64,000 nucleotides of DNA from Candidatus Bathyarchaeia archaeon (GTDB lineage: Archaea; Thermoproteota; Bathyarchaeia; Bathyarchaeales; Bathycorpusculaceae), in assembly GCA_038849025.1 (NCBI GenBank), contig JAWCNE010000001.1:5844-69843 (forward strand), given 5' to 3'. The notes below the pieces were generated by a model. It saw only the letters and a list, made by a program, of their open reading frames with translations, was not told where the DNA came from and did not search any database. This document shows positions 38,106 to 49,694 of the stretch, in pieces (positions within the stretch are counted from its first letter, which is position 1; each line of letters begins with the position of its first letter). The translations under genes were made by a program, and so were the position numbers.

Positions 38106-38474
38106 ATGCCTGAAAGAAAAAGTATACTTTACGTTCAGACGAGTGGCGTCGATACTCCAGAACGCACCTACGCCCCATTCATTTTGGCAACCACCGCTGC
38201 AATGATGAACATAGATGCTACAATTTATTTCTTGATAAAAGGAGTTACTATTGTCAAGAAGGGAGAAGCTGAGAAGGTCAAAATAGATGGTTTCCCATCG
38301 CTTAAGGAAGTAATGGAACAAGCGGTAAAGGCTGGTGTGAAGCTTGTGGTTTGCGAGCAAAGCTGCATGTTGTTAGGAATCCCTCGAGGAGAGTTTACAC
38401 CTGAAGCTAAAATTGTAGGCGCGGCAACCCTTAATGATTTAGCTCTTAACGCAGACGCAGTTCTCTGCTTCTAA
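38106..38474 (+). CDS. DsrE/DsrF-like sulfur-relay family protein
   Basis: 122 aa with a DsrE-fold pattern (ILYVQTSG...ATIYFLIKGV...KLVVCEQSC) and a conserved Cys near the C-terminal half. Confidence 0.7.
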   Translation: MPERKSILYVQTSGVDTPERTYAPFILATTAAMMNIDATIYFLIKGVTIVKKGEAEKVKIDGFPSLKEVMEQAVKAGVKLVVCEQSCMLLGIPRGEFTPEAKIVGAATLNDLALNADAVLCF

Positions 38475-38487
38475 AAGTTGAGGATAC

Positions 38488-39678
38488 ATGTCTGTTCTTA
38501 GACAAGTTTACATGGATCACACAGCGGGAAAATACGTTGATCCCCGCGTAGTAGAAGCAATGTTTCCTTACATGAAGGAGTTTTACGGTAACCCCGCCTC
38601 CGTGCATTCTTATGGCCATGAGCCTAGAAAAGCTTTAGACGAGGCTAGAGCCAAAATTGCTGAGTTAATTAATGCGGAAAAGAAAGAGTCGATAATTTTC
38701 ACTTCTGGCGCCACTGAAAGCAACAACCTCGCCATAAAAGGCGTAGCCAACCGCAATGCTGATCGCGGGAAGCACATAATAACCTCAAGCATTGAACACA
38801 TGTCAGTTTTAAATCCGTGCAAATTTCTTAAAACAAAAGGGTTTCAAGTTACGTTTCTGCCAGTTGACAGTTACGGTATTGTTAGCCTTGAAAGCTTGGA
38901 GCGTGAACTCAGAGACGACACGATTCTTGTTTCTATACAATACGCTAACGGGGAAATTGGAACAATCCAACCCGTCAAAGAGATAAGCCAAATAGTTCAC
39001 CGCAAAAACGCCTATTTGCATGTGGATGCCACCGCAGCTAACGGCCAGATTCCAATAGACGTAAGAAAGGACGAAATTGATTTACTTACCCTTTCTTCTA
39101 ACGACATGTATGGACCTAAAGGCGTGGGCGCCCTTTACATACGTGATGGTGTTCGCCTGGAACCCATACTTCACGGCGGAGGTCAAGAGCGAGGATTGCG
39201 TTCCGGAACAGAAAACGTGCCTGGCATAGTTGGTTTTGGCAAAGCCGCTGAAATAGCTAAAAAAGAAATGCATGAAGAAAGCAGAAGGCTAAGCAGACTT
39301 AGGGATAAGCTTATTAAAGGTCTGCTCGAGTCCGTGCCCTACGCTTTCCTGAATGGGCATCCCACTAGGAGGCTGCCAGACAACGCCGCGGTCCGGTTCA
39401 GCTTCATAGAAGGAGAATCTATCCTTTTGAGCCTAGACATGATGGGAGTAGCCGCTTCTTCTGGTTCAGCTTGTACTACAAAAACTTTGGAGCCCTCCCA
39501 TGTTTTAATAGCGACTGGACTAAAACATGAAGAAGCCCACGGCTCAGTGCTTTTCACCCTTGGAAGGCAAAACACCGAAGAAGAGGTAGACTATGTCATA
39601 AGCATCATGCCGGATATCGTTAAAAGATTAAGGGCCATTTCGCCCCTAACACCCAAGGAGTTGATAAGCAGTGTATAG
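38488..39678 (+). CDS. iscS: cysteine desulfurase (NifS/IscS class)
   Basis: 396 aa with [10 protein letters not shown], a PLP-lysine region ([10 protein letters not shown]) and the active-site loop SSGSACT. Confidence 0.9.
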   Translation: MSVLRQVYMDHTAGKYVDPRVVEAMFPYMKEFYGNPASVHSYGHEPRKALDEARAKIAELINAEKKESIIFTSGATESNNLAIKGVANRNADRGKHIITSSIEHMSVLNPCKFLKTKGFQVTFLPVDSYGIVSLESLERELRDDTILVSIQYANGEIGTIQPVKEISQIVHRKNAYLHVDATAANGQIPIDVRKDEIDLLTLSSNDMYGPKGVGALYIRDGVRLEPILHGGGQERGLRSGTENVPGIVGFGKAAEIAKKEMHEESRRLSRLRDKLIKGLLESVPYAFLNGHPTRRLPDNAAVRFSFIEGESILLSLDMMGVAASSGSACTTKTLEPSHVLIATGLKHEEAHGSVLFTLGRQNTEEEVDYVISIMPDIVKRLRAISPLTPKELISSV

Positions 39679-40057
39679 CGAGAAAGTCATGGAACATTTC
39701 AGAAACCCGCGTAACATGGGAGAAATCAAAGATGCTGATGGCGTTGGCACTGTTGGAAACCCCGTTTGCGGAGACATGATGACTATATACATAAAAGTGA
39801 AAGACAACCACATAGAGGACATAAAGTTTAAAACTTTTGGATGCGGTGCCGCCATAGCCACAAGCAGCATGATAACAGAACTGGCGAAAGGAAAAGCCCT
39901 TGAAGAAGCCTTAAAAATCACGAGAAAGGATGTAGCGGATGCTTTAGAGGGGCTGCCACCAGTTAAAATGCACTGCTCTAACCTAGCAGCAGATGCCCTA
40001 AAAGCTGCAATAGAAGATTACTACACGAAACAGAAAAGTAAGGAGGCGACAAAATGA
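39671..40057 (+). CDS. iscU: Fe-S cluster scaffold protein IscU/NifU N-terminal type
   Basis: 128 aa with GTG start giving the canonical [15 protein letters not shown]. The three ligand cysteines are in [15 protein letters not shown] and HCSNLA. The gene overlaps iscS by 8 nt. Confidence 0.9.
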   Translation: MYSEKVMEHFRNPRNMGEIKDADGVGTVGNPVCGDMMTIYIKVKDNHIEDIKFKTFGCGAAIATSSMITELAKGKALEEALKITRKDVADALEGLPPVKMHCSNLAADALKAAIEDYYTKQKSKEATK

Positions 40058-40218
40058 AAAAAGAATTTATTCGATGCGAATTCTGCAACATACAAATCCC
40101 GTTAGAAACATGCAAACTTGCAGCTTATCATACAACCATTGATGGAAAAGAGTATATTTTCTGCTGCCAAAACTGTGCCGAAAGATTTCAGCACAAAAGA
40201 AAATCCCAAAACAAATAA
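40054..40218 (+). CDS. TRASH-like Cys-rich micro-protein, translationally coupled to iscU
   Basis: A hand-translated 54-aa ORF: [54 protein letters not shown]. Its ATG overlaps the iscU TGA (ATGA). The CxxC...FCCxxC..F pattern resembles TRASH metal-binding domains. A hairpin (CTAAAG..CTTTAG) lies about 23 nt downstream of the stop. Confidence 0.6.
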   Translation: MKKEFIRCEFCNIQIPLETCKLAAYHTTIDGKEYIFCCQNCAERFQHKRKSQNK

Positions 40219-40327
40219 CTGATTCACCTATCAAATTTTGACTAAAGCCTCGCCTTTAGCTAACGGTTCATTGCAAGTCATACAAAAAGGCTTTTAAATG
40301 TTAACAGTTTGTCCAAAAACTTTTGTT

Positions 40328-40777
40328 CTATAAGGATATTAGGGTAGTGTAAAAGTTTAGGTAAATAAGAAATCCAAGGATTAACGCTATGAGCCAGAAA
40401 ATGAGTGTAATGCGCATTGCGCCTTTTTTGCTAGCGCAATTCTGCAGCGAAGCGCTTAAATGCCATGTGGAAATAATCCATAAGCCTAAAAGCCAAGCTA
40501 TAAGCCCAGTAATACCGTGAACCATGGATATTAACGAAATGGGGTTTAAGGGATTTTCTGAAATGTAGGGGATCAAACCAATCAGGAAAGAGGGCACCAT
40601 TACACCAAGCAAAGTAACTGTGTGAAGCACAACTGCTGCGAACATGGTAATCCCATGTAAACGGAGTTTTCTTCGAGCCTTCAGAGCCATGGAAAAAATA
40701 ATCAAAACAAAGACTAAACTTTGTAATACCAAGCTAGACAAGGCTAAAATCTCATAGAACTCCATAAATATCACCAA
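40328..40777 (-). CDS. integral membrane protein, 4 TM helices with conserved histidines (DUF420-like)
   Basis: 149 aa with four hydrophobic helices. His residues lie at helix ends (RLHG, LHTV, VHGI, TWH). The family assignment is tentative. Confidence 0.45.
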   Translation of the reverse strand: MVIFMEFYEILALSSLVLQSLVFVLIIFSMALKARRKLRLHGITMFAAVVLHTVTLLGVMVPSFLIGLIPYISENPLNPISLISMVHGITGLIAWLLGLWIISTWHLSASLQNCASKKGAMRITLIFWLIALILGFLIYLNFYTTLISL

Positions 40778-40896
40778 ACTTTACCTTAACATTTGCTTAT
40801 CAAATATAAAATTATTTCTTTTGCAAAACTGCTTTCACTTTTCGAAACTCTAGGGAAAAATTTAAAAATAAACGACTAACGCCAAAGACGTTTAGA

Positions 40897-42045
40897 TTAA
40901 TGACGCATTCTCCCCCTCTTTTTCATCGCTGCTCTAACTCTTACGTTAGCTATTTTTAAAGCAGCATTCCTTGGTGGGATTTTTGCCTTAGCAGCTTCTC
41001 TTAAAACTAAGCGAGTATTTTTAACTATTCTTTTTTCAACTATCACAAACATTTTTCTTGGATTTACACCAACATACTCGGCATAGGATGATATTACGCC
41101 TCCAGCGTTTGCCACAATATCTGGAGCAACTAGAACCCCTCTTTCATGAAGTACTTTTTCAATCTCTGGTTTCACAGGAATATTGGCTGCCTCAACAACC
41201 ATTCTTGATTGAATTTTATCAACATTCTTTTCGTTTATGACGTCGGGTATGGAAGCAGGAACGAGAACTTCTACGGGCAGCTCGAAAATTTCTTCATTTT
41301 TCAAAATTTGTCCTGGTTCATAGTTAATAACAGACTTCGTTTCGACTTTAATTCGCTTCAATTTTTCATATTCTAATCCGTCAGGATTGTAAATACAGCC
41401 TTTGCTGTCGCTTACTGCTACAATTTTTGCTCCGTAATCTGATAGATACTTCATTAGGAAAGAACCTACATTTCCAAAGCCGTCAATGGCCACTCTTGCT
41501 TTTTTTAAATCTAAACCAATATGCTTTGAAGCCACTATCGTTGCATGAAACACTCCATAAGCCGTTGAGCCATATTCGTGGGGAATTCCACATTTTTCGC
41601 CAGGTTTGACACACATATTTGCGGGTTTGCCCGTACAAGAATTTAGGTTGCCATTTGCCAAAGCGTAAATTGCCATTTCTTCTTCGCCGGTATTAATGTC
41701 TGGACCTGCAATGTATTGGCTTGGAGATAGAGGCTTTAAGGCAATAGCAAAGGCCCTAATCAAATTATTTTTCTCTTCTTTTGAGATTTTCTTTGGATCT
41801 GCAATTATTCCTGATTTTGCGCCTCCGAAAGGTAATTCTGCTAGGGCGCATTTCCAAGTCATGGTTCTTGCAAGTCTAAAAACTTCCTCCACATCTACTG
41901 TGGGGGTCATTCTTATTCCGCCTTTGCCAGGGCCAAGGGCAGTGTTGTCAATGACGAGTATACCTTTCATTTTGGTTTCTGGATCGTAGACTTGTAAAAT
42001 TTTTTCAGGTCCCCACTCGTCCAAGAATTTTTCTATAAAGTCCAC
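40897..42045 (-). CDS. Glu/Leu/Phe/Val dehydrogenase-family amino-acid dehydrogenase
   Basis: 382 aa with the catalytic region GPGKGGIRM...PFGGAKSGI and the Rossmann motif IDGFGNVGS. It is shorter than typical hexameric GDH, so substrate is uncertain. Confidence 0.8.
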   Translation of the reverse strand: MDFIEKFLDEWGPEKILQVYDPETKMKGILVIDNTALGPGKGGIRMTPTVDVEEVFRLARTMTWKCALAELPFGGAKSGIIADPKKISKEEKNNLIRAFAIALKPLSPSQYIAGPDINTGEEEMAIYALANGNLNSCTGKPANMCVKPGEKCGIPHEYGSTAYGVFHATIVASKHIGLDLKKARVAIDGFGNVGSFLMKYLSDYGAKIVAVSDSKGCIYNPDGLEYEKLKRIKVETKSVINYEPGQILKNEEIFELPVEVLVPASIPDVINEKNVDKIQSRMVVEAANIPVKPEIEKVLHERGVLVAPDIVANAGGVISSYAEYVGVNPRKMFVIVEKRIVKNTRLVLREAAKAKIPPRNAALKIANVRVRAAMKKRGRMRH

Positions 42046-42146
42046 TTTGCTTTTCCTCCAGCTTTGTTTTTATTATTAGTTTTTCTAGCCACATAAGGTT
42101 TAACTATTTAGAAAAGTAAAATTATAGGAAAAGGGGGAGGCTGAGG

Positions 42147-42284
42147 ATGAGTTCTGAAGAGTATATTCCTTTATGTGAAAGATGTGGTCAACCAGTTGAT
42201 GATTGTGAGTGTGTTTGTCCCTATTGCGGTGAAACTTCTGGATGCGAATGCTGTATAGGCATGGATAAGGCTACCGGAGGATAA
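42147..42284 (+). CDS. Cys-rich micro-protein (45 aa, 9 Cys) immediately upstream of the 2-oxoacid:ferredoxin oxidoreductase
   Basis: Hand-translated: MSSEEYIPLCERCGQPVDDCECVCPYCGETSGCECCIGMDKATGG. A strong Shine-Dalgarno sequence (GGGGGAGG) lies a few nt upstream of the ATG. The stop is 5 nt before the alpha-subunit start. Confidence 0.55.
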   Translation: MSSEEYIPLCERCGQPVDDCECVCPYCGETSGCECCIGMDKATGG

Positions 42285-42289
42285 AGAGT

Positions 42290-45176
<2,887 letters not shown>

Positions 45177-45193
45177 AAACATGCCACGTAGCC

Positions 45194-45577
45194 TTAAACG
45201 ATGTAGCTTCTAAGATCAGTGCTTTGCCTAAGACATGTACGGTATTTGCCCAGCATTTCATCTAAAGCCTTTCTCAAATCCTCTTCAGCCATGAAGCCTA
45301 CAACCTGCATCAATGGTCTTCCGCTGCAAAAGAACATCAAAGTGGGCGTGCTCATTACTCCTAAATTAATTGCCAATTCCTGATTTGATGGTGATTCTAA
45401 GATGTTTAGTCTAGCGAATTTGATTTTTCCAAAGTATTCATAGGCTACTTTTTCAAAAATAGGTGTTAATTGTCTGCACCAAGGACATTGGGCATGCCAA
45501 AAATAAACCAATGTCAAAATTGATGAGCGGGTAATCTCTTCATCCCAGTTGGCTGGGTTTAAATCCACTATCTCCAT
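45194..45577 (-). CDS. trx: thioredoxin
   Basis: 127 aa from the ATG at 45577 (MEIVDLNP). The active site is WHAQCPWCRQL and the fold is a standard thioredoxin fold. The longer ORF-track version to 45790 would overlap the fprA start and adds non-homologous sequence. Confidence 0.8.
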   Translation of the reverse strand: MEIVDLNPANWDEEITRSSILTLVYFWHAQCPWCRQLTPIFEKVAYEYFGKIKFARLNILESPSNQELAINLGVMSTPTLMFFCSGRPLMQVVGFMAEEDLRKALDEMLGKYRTCLRQSTDLRSYIV

Positions 45578-45718
45578 AACCACGAACCAATAATTTTGGC
45601 TTAAAGTGGAAATATATAAGCCTTTAAAAGAAAATTTACGAGTCTCAGTTAGCAGACAGAAACCTTCATATTTTAATTCTTCTAACAATGCATAAGATAA
45701 ACTTCGGGAGGGGGGAGA

Positions 45719-46906
45719 ATGGTTAACGTGAAAATAAGCGAAGACATATTTTGGGTTGGTGCAGTTGACTGGAACGTTAGAGACTTTCACGGTTACCTAA
45801 CCAGAAGAGGGACAACCTACAACGCTTACCTAATAAAAGATGAAAAAACAACTCTGGTCGACACTGTTAAATATCCTTTCCATAACGAATTAGCAAGGAA
45901 CATCAGCGAAATTTTAAGCCTTGAGCAACTCGACTACATTATTATAAACCATGTTGAAATTGATCATTCAAGCGCATTACCCCATATAATTAAAAAGGCG
46001 AAAAACGCCCGAATCATAGCATCTCAGAAAGGCAAAGAGGGCTTAACCAAATATTACGGAGAAAACCTAAATATTGAAACGGTTAAAACCGGCGACCAAT
46101 TGAAGCTTGGAAAAAGAACTTTAAGTTTCATTGAGGCGCCTATGTTACATTGGCCTGACAGCATGTTCACCTATGTTGTTGAAGATGGCATTCTAATGCC
46201 TAACGATGCTTTCGGCCAACATCTGGCGACTTCTGGACGCTTTGACGATGAAGTTGAAGAGTCGGTGCTTATGGAAGAAGCTGCAAAATATTATGCCAAT
46301 ATTCTCATGCCCTTCTCAGCGCTTATCACAAGAAAAATTCAAGAAATAAGCGGCATGGGAATTCCCATTAAAGTTATTGCCCCCAGTCACGGAGTTATTT
46401 GGCGTTCCAATCCAATGAAAATCGTTGACGCCTACAAAAGATGGAGCGAAGGCTTCTCTAAAGACAAGATAGTAATAGTTTATGACAGCATGTGGGAAAG
46501 CACAACAACCATGGCCAAGGCAATAGCCGAAGGAATAGCAAGCCAAGGGATAGAGGTCAAATTTTTTAAATTGCGAGAATCCGACGCTACAGAAATCGTG
46601 ACTGAAATTTTGGAAGCTAAAGCTGTTGTGGTAGGTTCTCCAACCCTTAACAACTCCATATTCCCATCGGTAAGCGCATTCCTAACATACATAGCAGGAT
46701 TAAGACCGAAAGGGAAACTTTGGGCCTTCTTTGGTTCCTATGGATGGGGAGGAGGCGCGGTAAAGCAGATGGTGGAAGTGGCCAAGAAAGCCAACTTTGA
46801 AGTTTATGAACACCTATTAGAGGTTCGGTATGCACCCACAAACAGTGAGCTTCAAGAGTGCTTTAATATAGGTGAAAACATTGCCAAAAAAATAAAAACT
46901 TCTTGA
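45719..46906 (+). CDS. fprA: flavodiiron protein (type A flavoprotein, O2/NO reductase)
   Basis: 395 aa. The metallo-beta-lactamase-like domain carries the HVEIDHS di-iron motif, and the C-terminal flavodoxin domain carries VIVYDSMWESTT and GSPTLNN. A Shine-Dalgarno sequence (GGGAGGGGGGAG) lies upstream. Confidence 0.9.
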   Translation: MVNVKISEDIFWVGAVDWNVRDFHGYLTRRGTTYNAYLIKDEKTTLVDTVKYPFHNELARNISEILSLEQLDYIIINHVEIDHSSALPHIIKKAKNARIIASQKGKEGLTKYYGENLNIETVKTGDQLKLGKRTLSFIEAPMLHWPDSMFTYVVEDGILMPNDAFGQHLATSGRFDDEVEESVLMEEAAKYYANILMPFSALITRKIQEISGMGIPIKVIAPSHGVIWRSNPMKIVDAYKRWSEGFSKDKIVIVYDSMWESTTTMAKAIAEGIASQGIEVKFFKLRESDATEIVTEILEAKAVVVGSPTLNNSIFPSVSAFLTYIAGLRPKGKLWAFFGSYGWGGGAVKQMVEVAKKANFEVYEHLLEVRYAPTNSELQECFNIGENIAKKIKTS

Positions 46907-46918
46907 AAAGCCAGTTTC

Positions 46919-47188
46919 TCATTTTTTTAATGCGTATTTAACCCTAATGGTTTCAGGTTTGTATTCTTTAAAACTTACAATTCTCATATTCACGTCTGCG
47001 AATTTTTGCAACTCGTAAATGAAGTCTTCAAGATAGTCGTATACTCCGCAAGTCTTGCAGAAAGTGCCCTCAAAATCCAGAACAAGCCCTTTTTCGCCTA
47101 TTTTAATTAGTTTTGCCTTGGCTTCTGGGCTTCGATATTTATTATATTCATTTATGGCTTCAACAACAGCGTCTTTAAGAGACTTCAT
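46919..47188 (-). CDS. hypothetical small protein with a single CxxC
   Basis: 89 aa. EGTFCKTCGVYDYLEDF is the only cysteine pair. No family is recognised. The gene is convergent with fprA. Confidence 0.45.
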   Translation of the reverse strand: MKSLKDAVVEAINEYNKYRSPEAKAKLIKIGEKGLVLDFEGTFCKTCGVYDYLEDFIYELQKFADVNMRIVSFKEYKPETIRVKYALKK

Positions 47189-47323
47189 CTGAATGTCCCC
47201 TATTTTTAGGTGTAACTTGTTCTATCAACCTAATAAATACTAACACTCATTTTACTATTCAAGTACCCAGGTTAATTTATATGCTGAATAAAATAAAAAA
47301 GAATGGGTTTGGCTTGCTTTTCA

Positions 47324-47758
47324 TTAGCCCTTAAGTAAGCATAGTTCCGCTATGTGTTCTTGCTCATCCATGATGATATGTCTCAACTTATGTTCCAGCT
47401 GGAAATACTCGTATTTCAACTCATTTTTCATCTCACGTACTTTTTCCAAGATTCCAGTATAGACGTCAACAGCGTGCATCTCGTCTCTAATGTTTACTTC
47501 CAAGATTTCGTTCAAGGTTTTGGCAGGATGGGTTTCTGACATGCCCATGGAAGGCACGCCTCCTAGGTAGCTGCCAATCAACTCTCTGAACATATCCTCG
47601 TGTTTTTTCTCATCCTCAGCGATCTCTTTTAACCTCGCAATTATTGGTTCTGCGTTTATCCCCTTAACCTGTTCTGCGTGAGCTAGATATTGTATTCTAG
47701 CAGCATGCTCTAATTCTAAAGCCTTATTCAACATTTGTACAAGCTCTTCTTTAACCAT
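47324..47758 (-). CDS. ferritin-like di-iron protein (four-helix bundle)
   Basis: 144 aa with four E/ExxH ligand motifs (LELEHAA, EDEKKHE, IRDEMHA, MDEQEHI). Confidence 0.75.
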   Translation of the reverse strand: MVKEELVQMLNKALELEHAARIQYLAHAEQVKGINAEPIIARLKEIAEDEKKHEDMFRELIGSYLGGVPSMGMSETHPAKTLNEILEVNIRDEMHAVDVYTGILEKVREMKNELKYEYFQLEHKLRHIIMDEQEHIAELCLLKG

Positions 47759-47850
47759 TCTCCATTCCTCCCGCGCATGTTTTAATTGTATTTTCCTATA
47801 TGTATCTTATGTAGGATTTTATGTCTAAACAGCTGTTTATAAATAGCTTT

Positions 47851-48168
47851 TTACTCTATAAAAGAGGCAATCCTCAGAGTTGAGCCAGATTTCTTTATCC
47901 TAATTTTTCTCAGAGGTTTCTCAGTTACTTTGTTTAATGGTTTGCCGCTTTTAACATCAAATTTTGCATAGTGAAAGCCGCAAGTCAATATTTGACCTTC
48001 TAGTTTTCCGAAAAATAGCGGGTACCCCATATGGGGGCATCGGTTATCAAAAGCGTAAAATTTGCCATTAACATTTATTAATAAAATTTCCAGGTTGTCT
48101 ATTTTTACTACCTTCATCCCATTTTTAGGCACTTCTTCAACTTTAGCTATTGTGATATATTTATGCAC
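47851..48168 (-). CDS. Rieske [2Fe-2S] domain protein
   Basis: 105 aa with the CPHMGYPL...CGFHYAKF ligand pattern (CxH...CxxH). Confidence 0.85.
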   Translation of the reverse strand: MHKYITIAKVEEVPKNGMKVVKIDNLEILLINVNGKFYAFDNRCPHMGYPLFFGKLEGQILTCGFHYAKFDVKSGKPLNKVTEKPLRKIRIKKSGSTLRIASFIE

Positions 48169-48195
48169 CGACCTTCTGCCTCTATTATCTATTTT

Positions 48196-48939
48196 TCAAG
48201 CAAATAGACTGTCCAGAAGCATCATTATAGCGAAACCGCCTATTAACCCGAATGTAGCTTTTCTTCCAAACCCTTTACGATGGCTTTCAGGAACCATCTC
48301 ATCCACAACTACAAAAAGCATGGCTCCGGCTGCAAACGCCAAACCCCAAGGCAAAATTGAATGAGCCAAAGATACCACGGCTACGCCAAGAAGCCCCCCA
48401 ACCGGTTCAACAAGTCCTGTCAAAGTCGCATACCAAAGCGATCTTCCTTTACTATAATTTTCCCTCAAGAGAGGTAAAGCCACAGCCAAGCCCTCGGGGG
48501 CATTCTGCAGTCCAATAGCAGTAGCCACAACTAATCCAGCTGCCACGTCTCCTGAACCGAAGCTTACGCCTACGGCAAGTCCCTCTGGAAAATTATGAAT
48601 AGTTATAGCAATTATGAAAAGCCAAAGCCTCGAAAGCCTTGAAGGCGGCCCTTCTGGCCCCGCCACAGGATGAAAATGCGGCACGAAACGATCAATGAAG
48701 TGTAACGTTAATGCCCCTATTATGAGGCTGATCATGGCTATCCACGGCCCACTTAGGTCTATTGCGGGAACCAAAAGGCTGAAAGCGGTTGCCGCTAGCA
48801 TGACTCCTGCTGCAAAACCAAGCAAAACATCCATCATATCATCAGAAAAATGTTTCTTAAAAAATATTGGAAGAGCTCCAGCCCCTGTAGCCAAGCCTGC
48901 CAATAGGCTAGCAACAAACCCCAAATGAATTATTTCCAT
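48196..48939 (-). CDS. ZIP-family divalent metal (Zn/Fe) transporter (ZupT-like)
   Basis: 247 aa with about 8 TM helices and the conserved HNFPEGLAVG and NAPEGLAVA motifs. Confidence 0.85.
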   Translation of the reverse strand: MEIIHLGFVASLLAGLATGAGALPIFFKKHFSDDMMDVLLGFAAGVMLAATAFSLLVPAIDLSGPWIAMISLIIGALTLHFIDRFVPHFHPVAGPEGPPSRLSRLWLFIIAITIHNFPEGLAVGVSFGSGDVAAGLVVATAIGLQNAPEGLAVALPLLRENYSKGRSLWYATLTGLVEPVGGLLGVAVVSLAHSILPWGLAFAAGAMLFVVVDEMVPESHRKGFGRKATFGLIGGFAIMMLLDSLFA

Positions 48940-49015
48940 TTAAATGGCAACCTTCTTAATGAAGTGTTTACAAGAAATAAAAAAGGGTTGCTGAATGCTT
49001 TTATTTTATACCGCA

Positions 49016-49594
49016 TTATTCTATGTGCCTGAACTTCTGCGTGTATGGGCCTTCTCCCGGTTTTCTGCGTCTGAAGTGTCCGGAAGGTCTTCCTTCAAGT
49101 AGTTCTTGGAACCAAGCTTCATGCTCCACTTCTTCATGAAGAATGGCAAGTGATAAATCGTAAGTTCGGTGATCTTTACCGTATGTCATGTTGCAAATTT
49201 CTGTATAGACTCTGATTGCACATCGTTCTGCTTCCAACAAGACTTTAAGTATTGCCTTCAAGTCGCTGGGATCTTTGGGCAAGTAAGCCGCTTCACACGC
49301 AGCCGCGTCGTGGAGCTCTCTTAAATCTTTGTAAAGCTCTCCACCTAGTTCATAAACACGGGGCACTAAGGCTTCAAAATGTTGCCTGTCTTCAAGTCGA
49401 GCATCCTCAACAATCTCTTTTATTGTTTCTCCCTCGAGCCCAGTACAGTGCATCCTCAGCAAAGTGTAATAGTAGTATGTTGTAAATTCTGCGGCAAGAG
49501 CTCTCTTCAGCTTATCTATCAATAGATCGACATCAACGCCTGCTTTTTCAACCATTTCTCTGCCAACATTAGTAGAATATTTCTTACTCGACAT
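49016..49594 (-). CDS. DPS-like ferritin-superfamily peroxide-detoxifying protein (DPSL type)
   Basis: 192 aa. [50 protein letters not shown] resembles Sulfolobus DPSL as recalled, and di-iron E/H ligands are present. Confidence 0.7.
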   Translation of the reverse strand: MSSKKYSTNVGREMVEKAGVDVDLLIDKLKRALAAEFTTYYYYTLLRMHCTGLEGETIKEIVEDARLEDRQHFEALVPRVYELGGELYKDLRELHDAAACEAAYLPKDPSDLKAILKVLLEAERCAIRVYTEICNMTYGKDHRTYDLSLAILHEEVEHEAWFQELLEGRPSGHFRRRKPGEGPYTQKFRHIE

Positions 49595-49694
49595 ACTCTC
49601 ACCTCCCTATAATTTTATTTTAAAACAAATCAATTTTCCAACTATATTATTGCCCAGAAACTTTATTTAAGAATTATTATTACCTAATAAAATC

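Noticed and set aside
37785-38360. A 191-aa minus-strand ORF covering the TusA and DsrE region.
   Set aside because: It overlaps two plus-strand genes that have clear active-site motifs. Its translation is low complexity (Ser/Leu/Ile-rich) with no recognisable domain.
45578-45790. A 71-codon N-terminal extension of the thioredoxin ORF, as given in the ORF track (45194-45790).
   Set aside because: The extension has no thioredoxin homology. It would overlap the fprA start and its Shine-Dalgarno sequence. An ATG at 45577 gives a normal-length thioredoxin.
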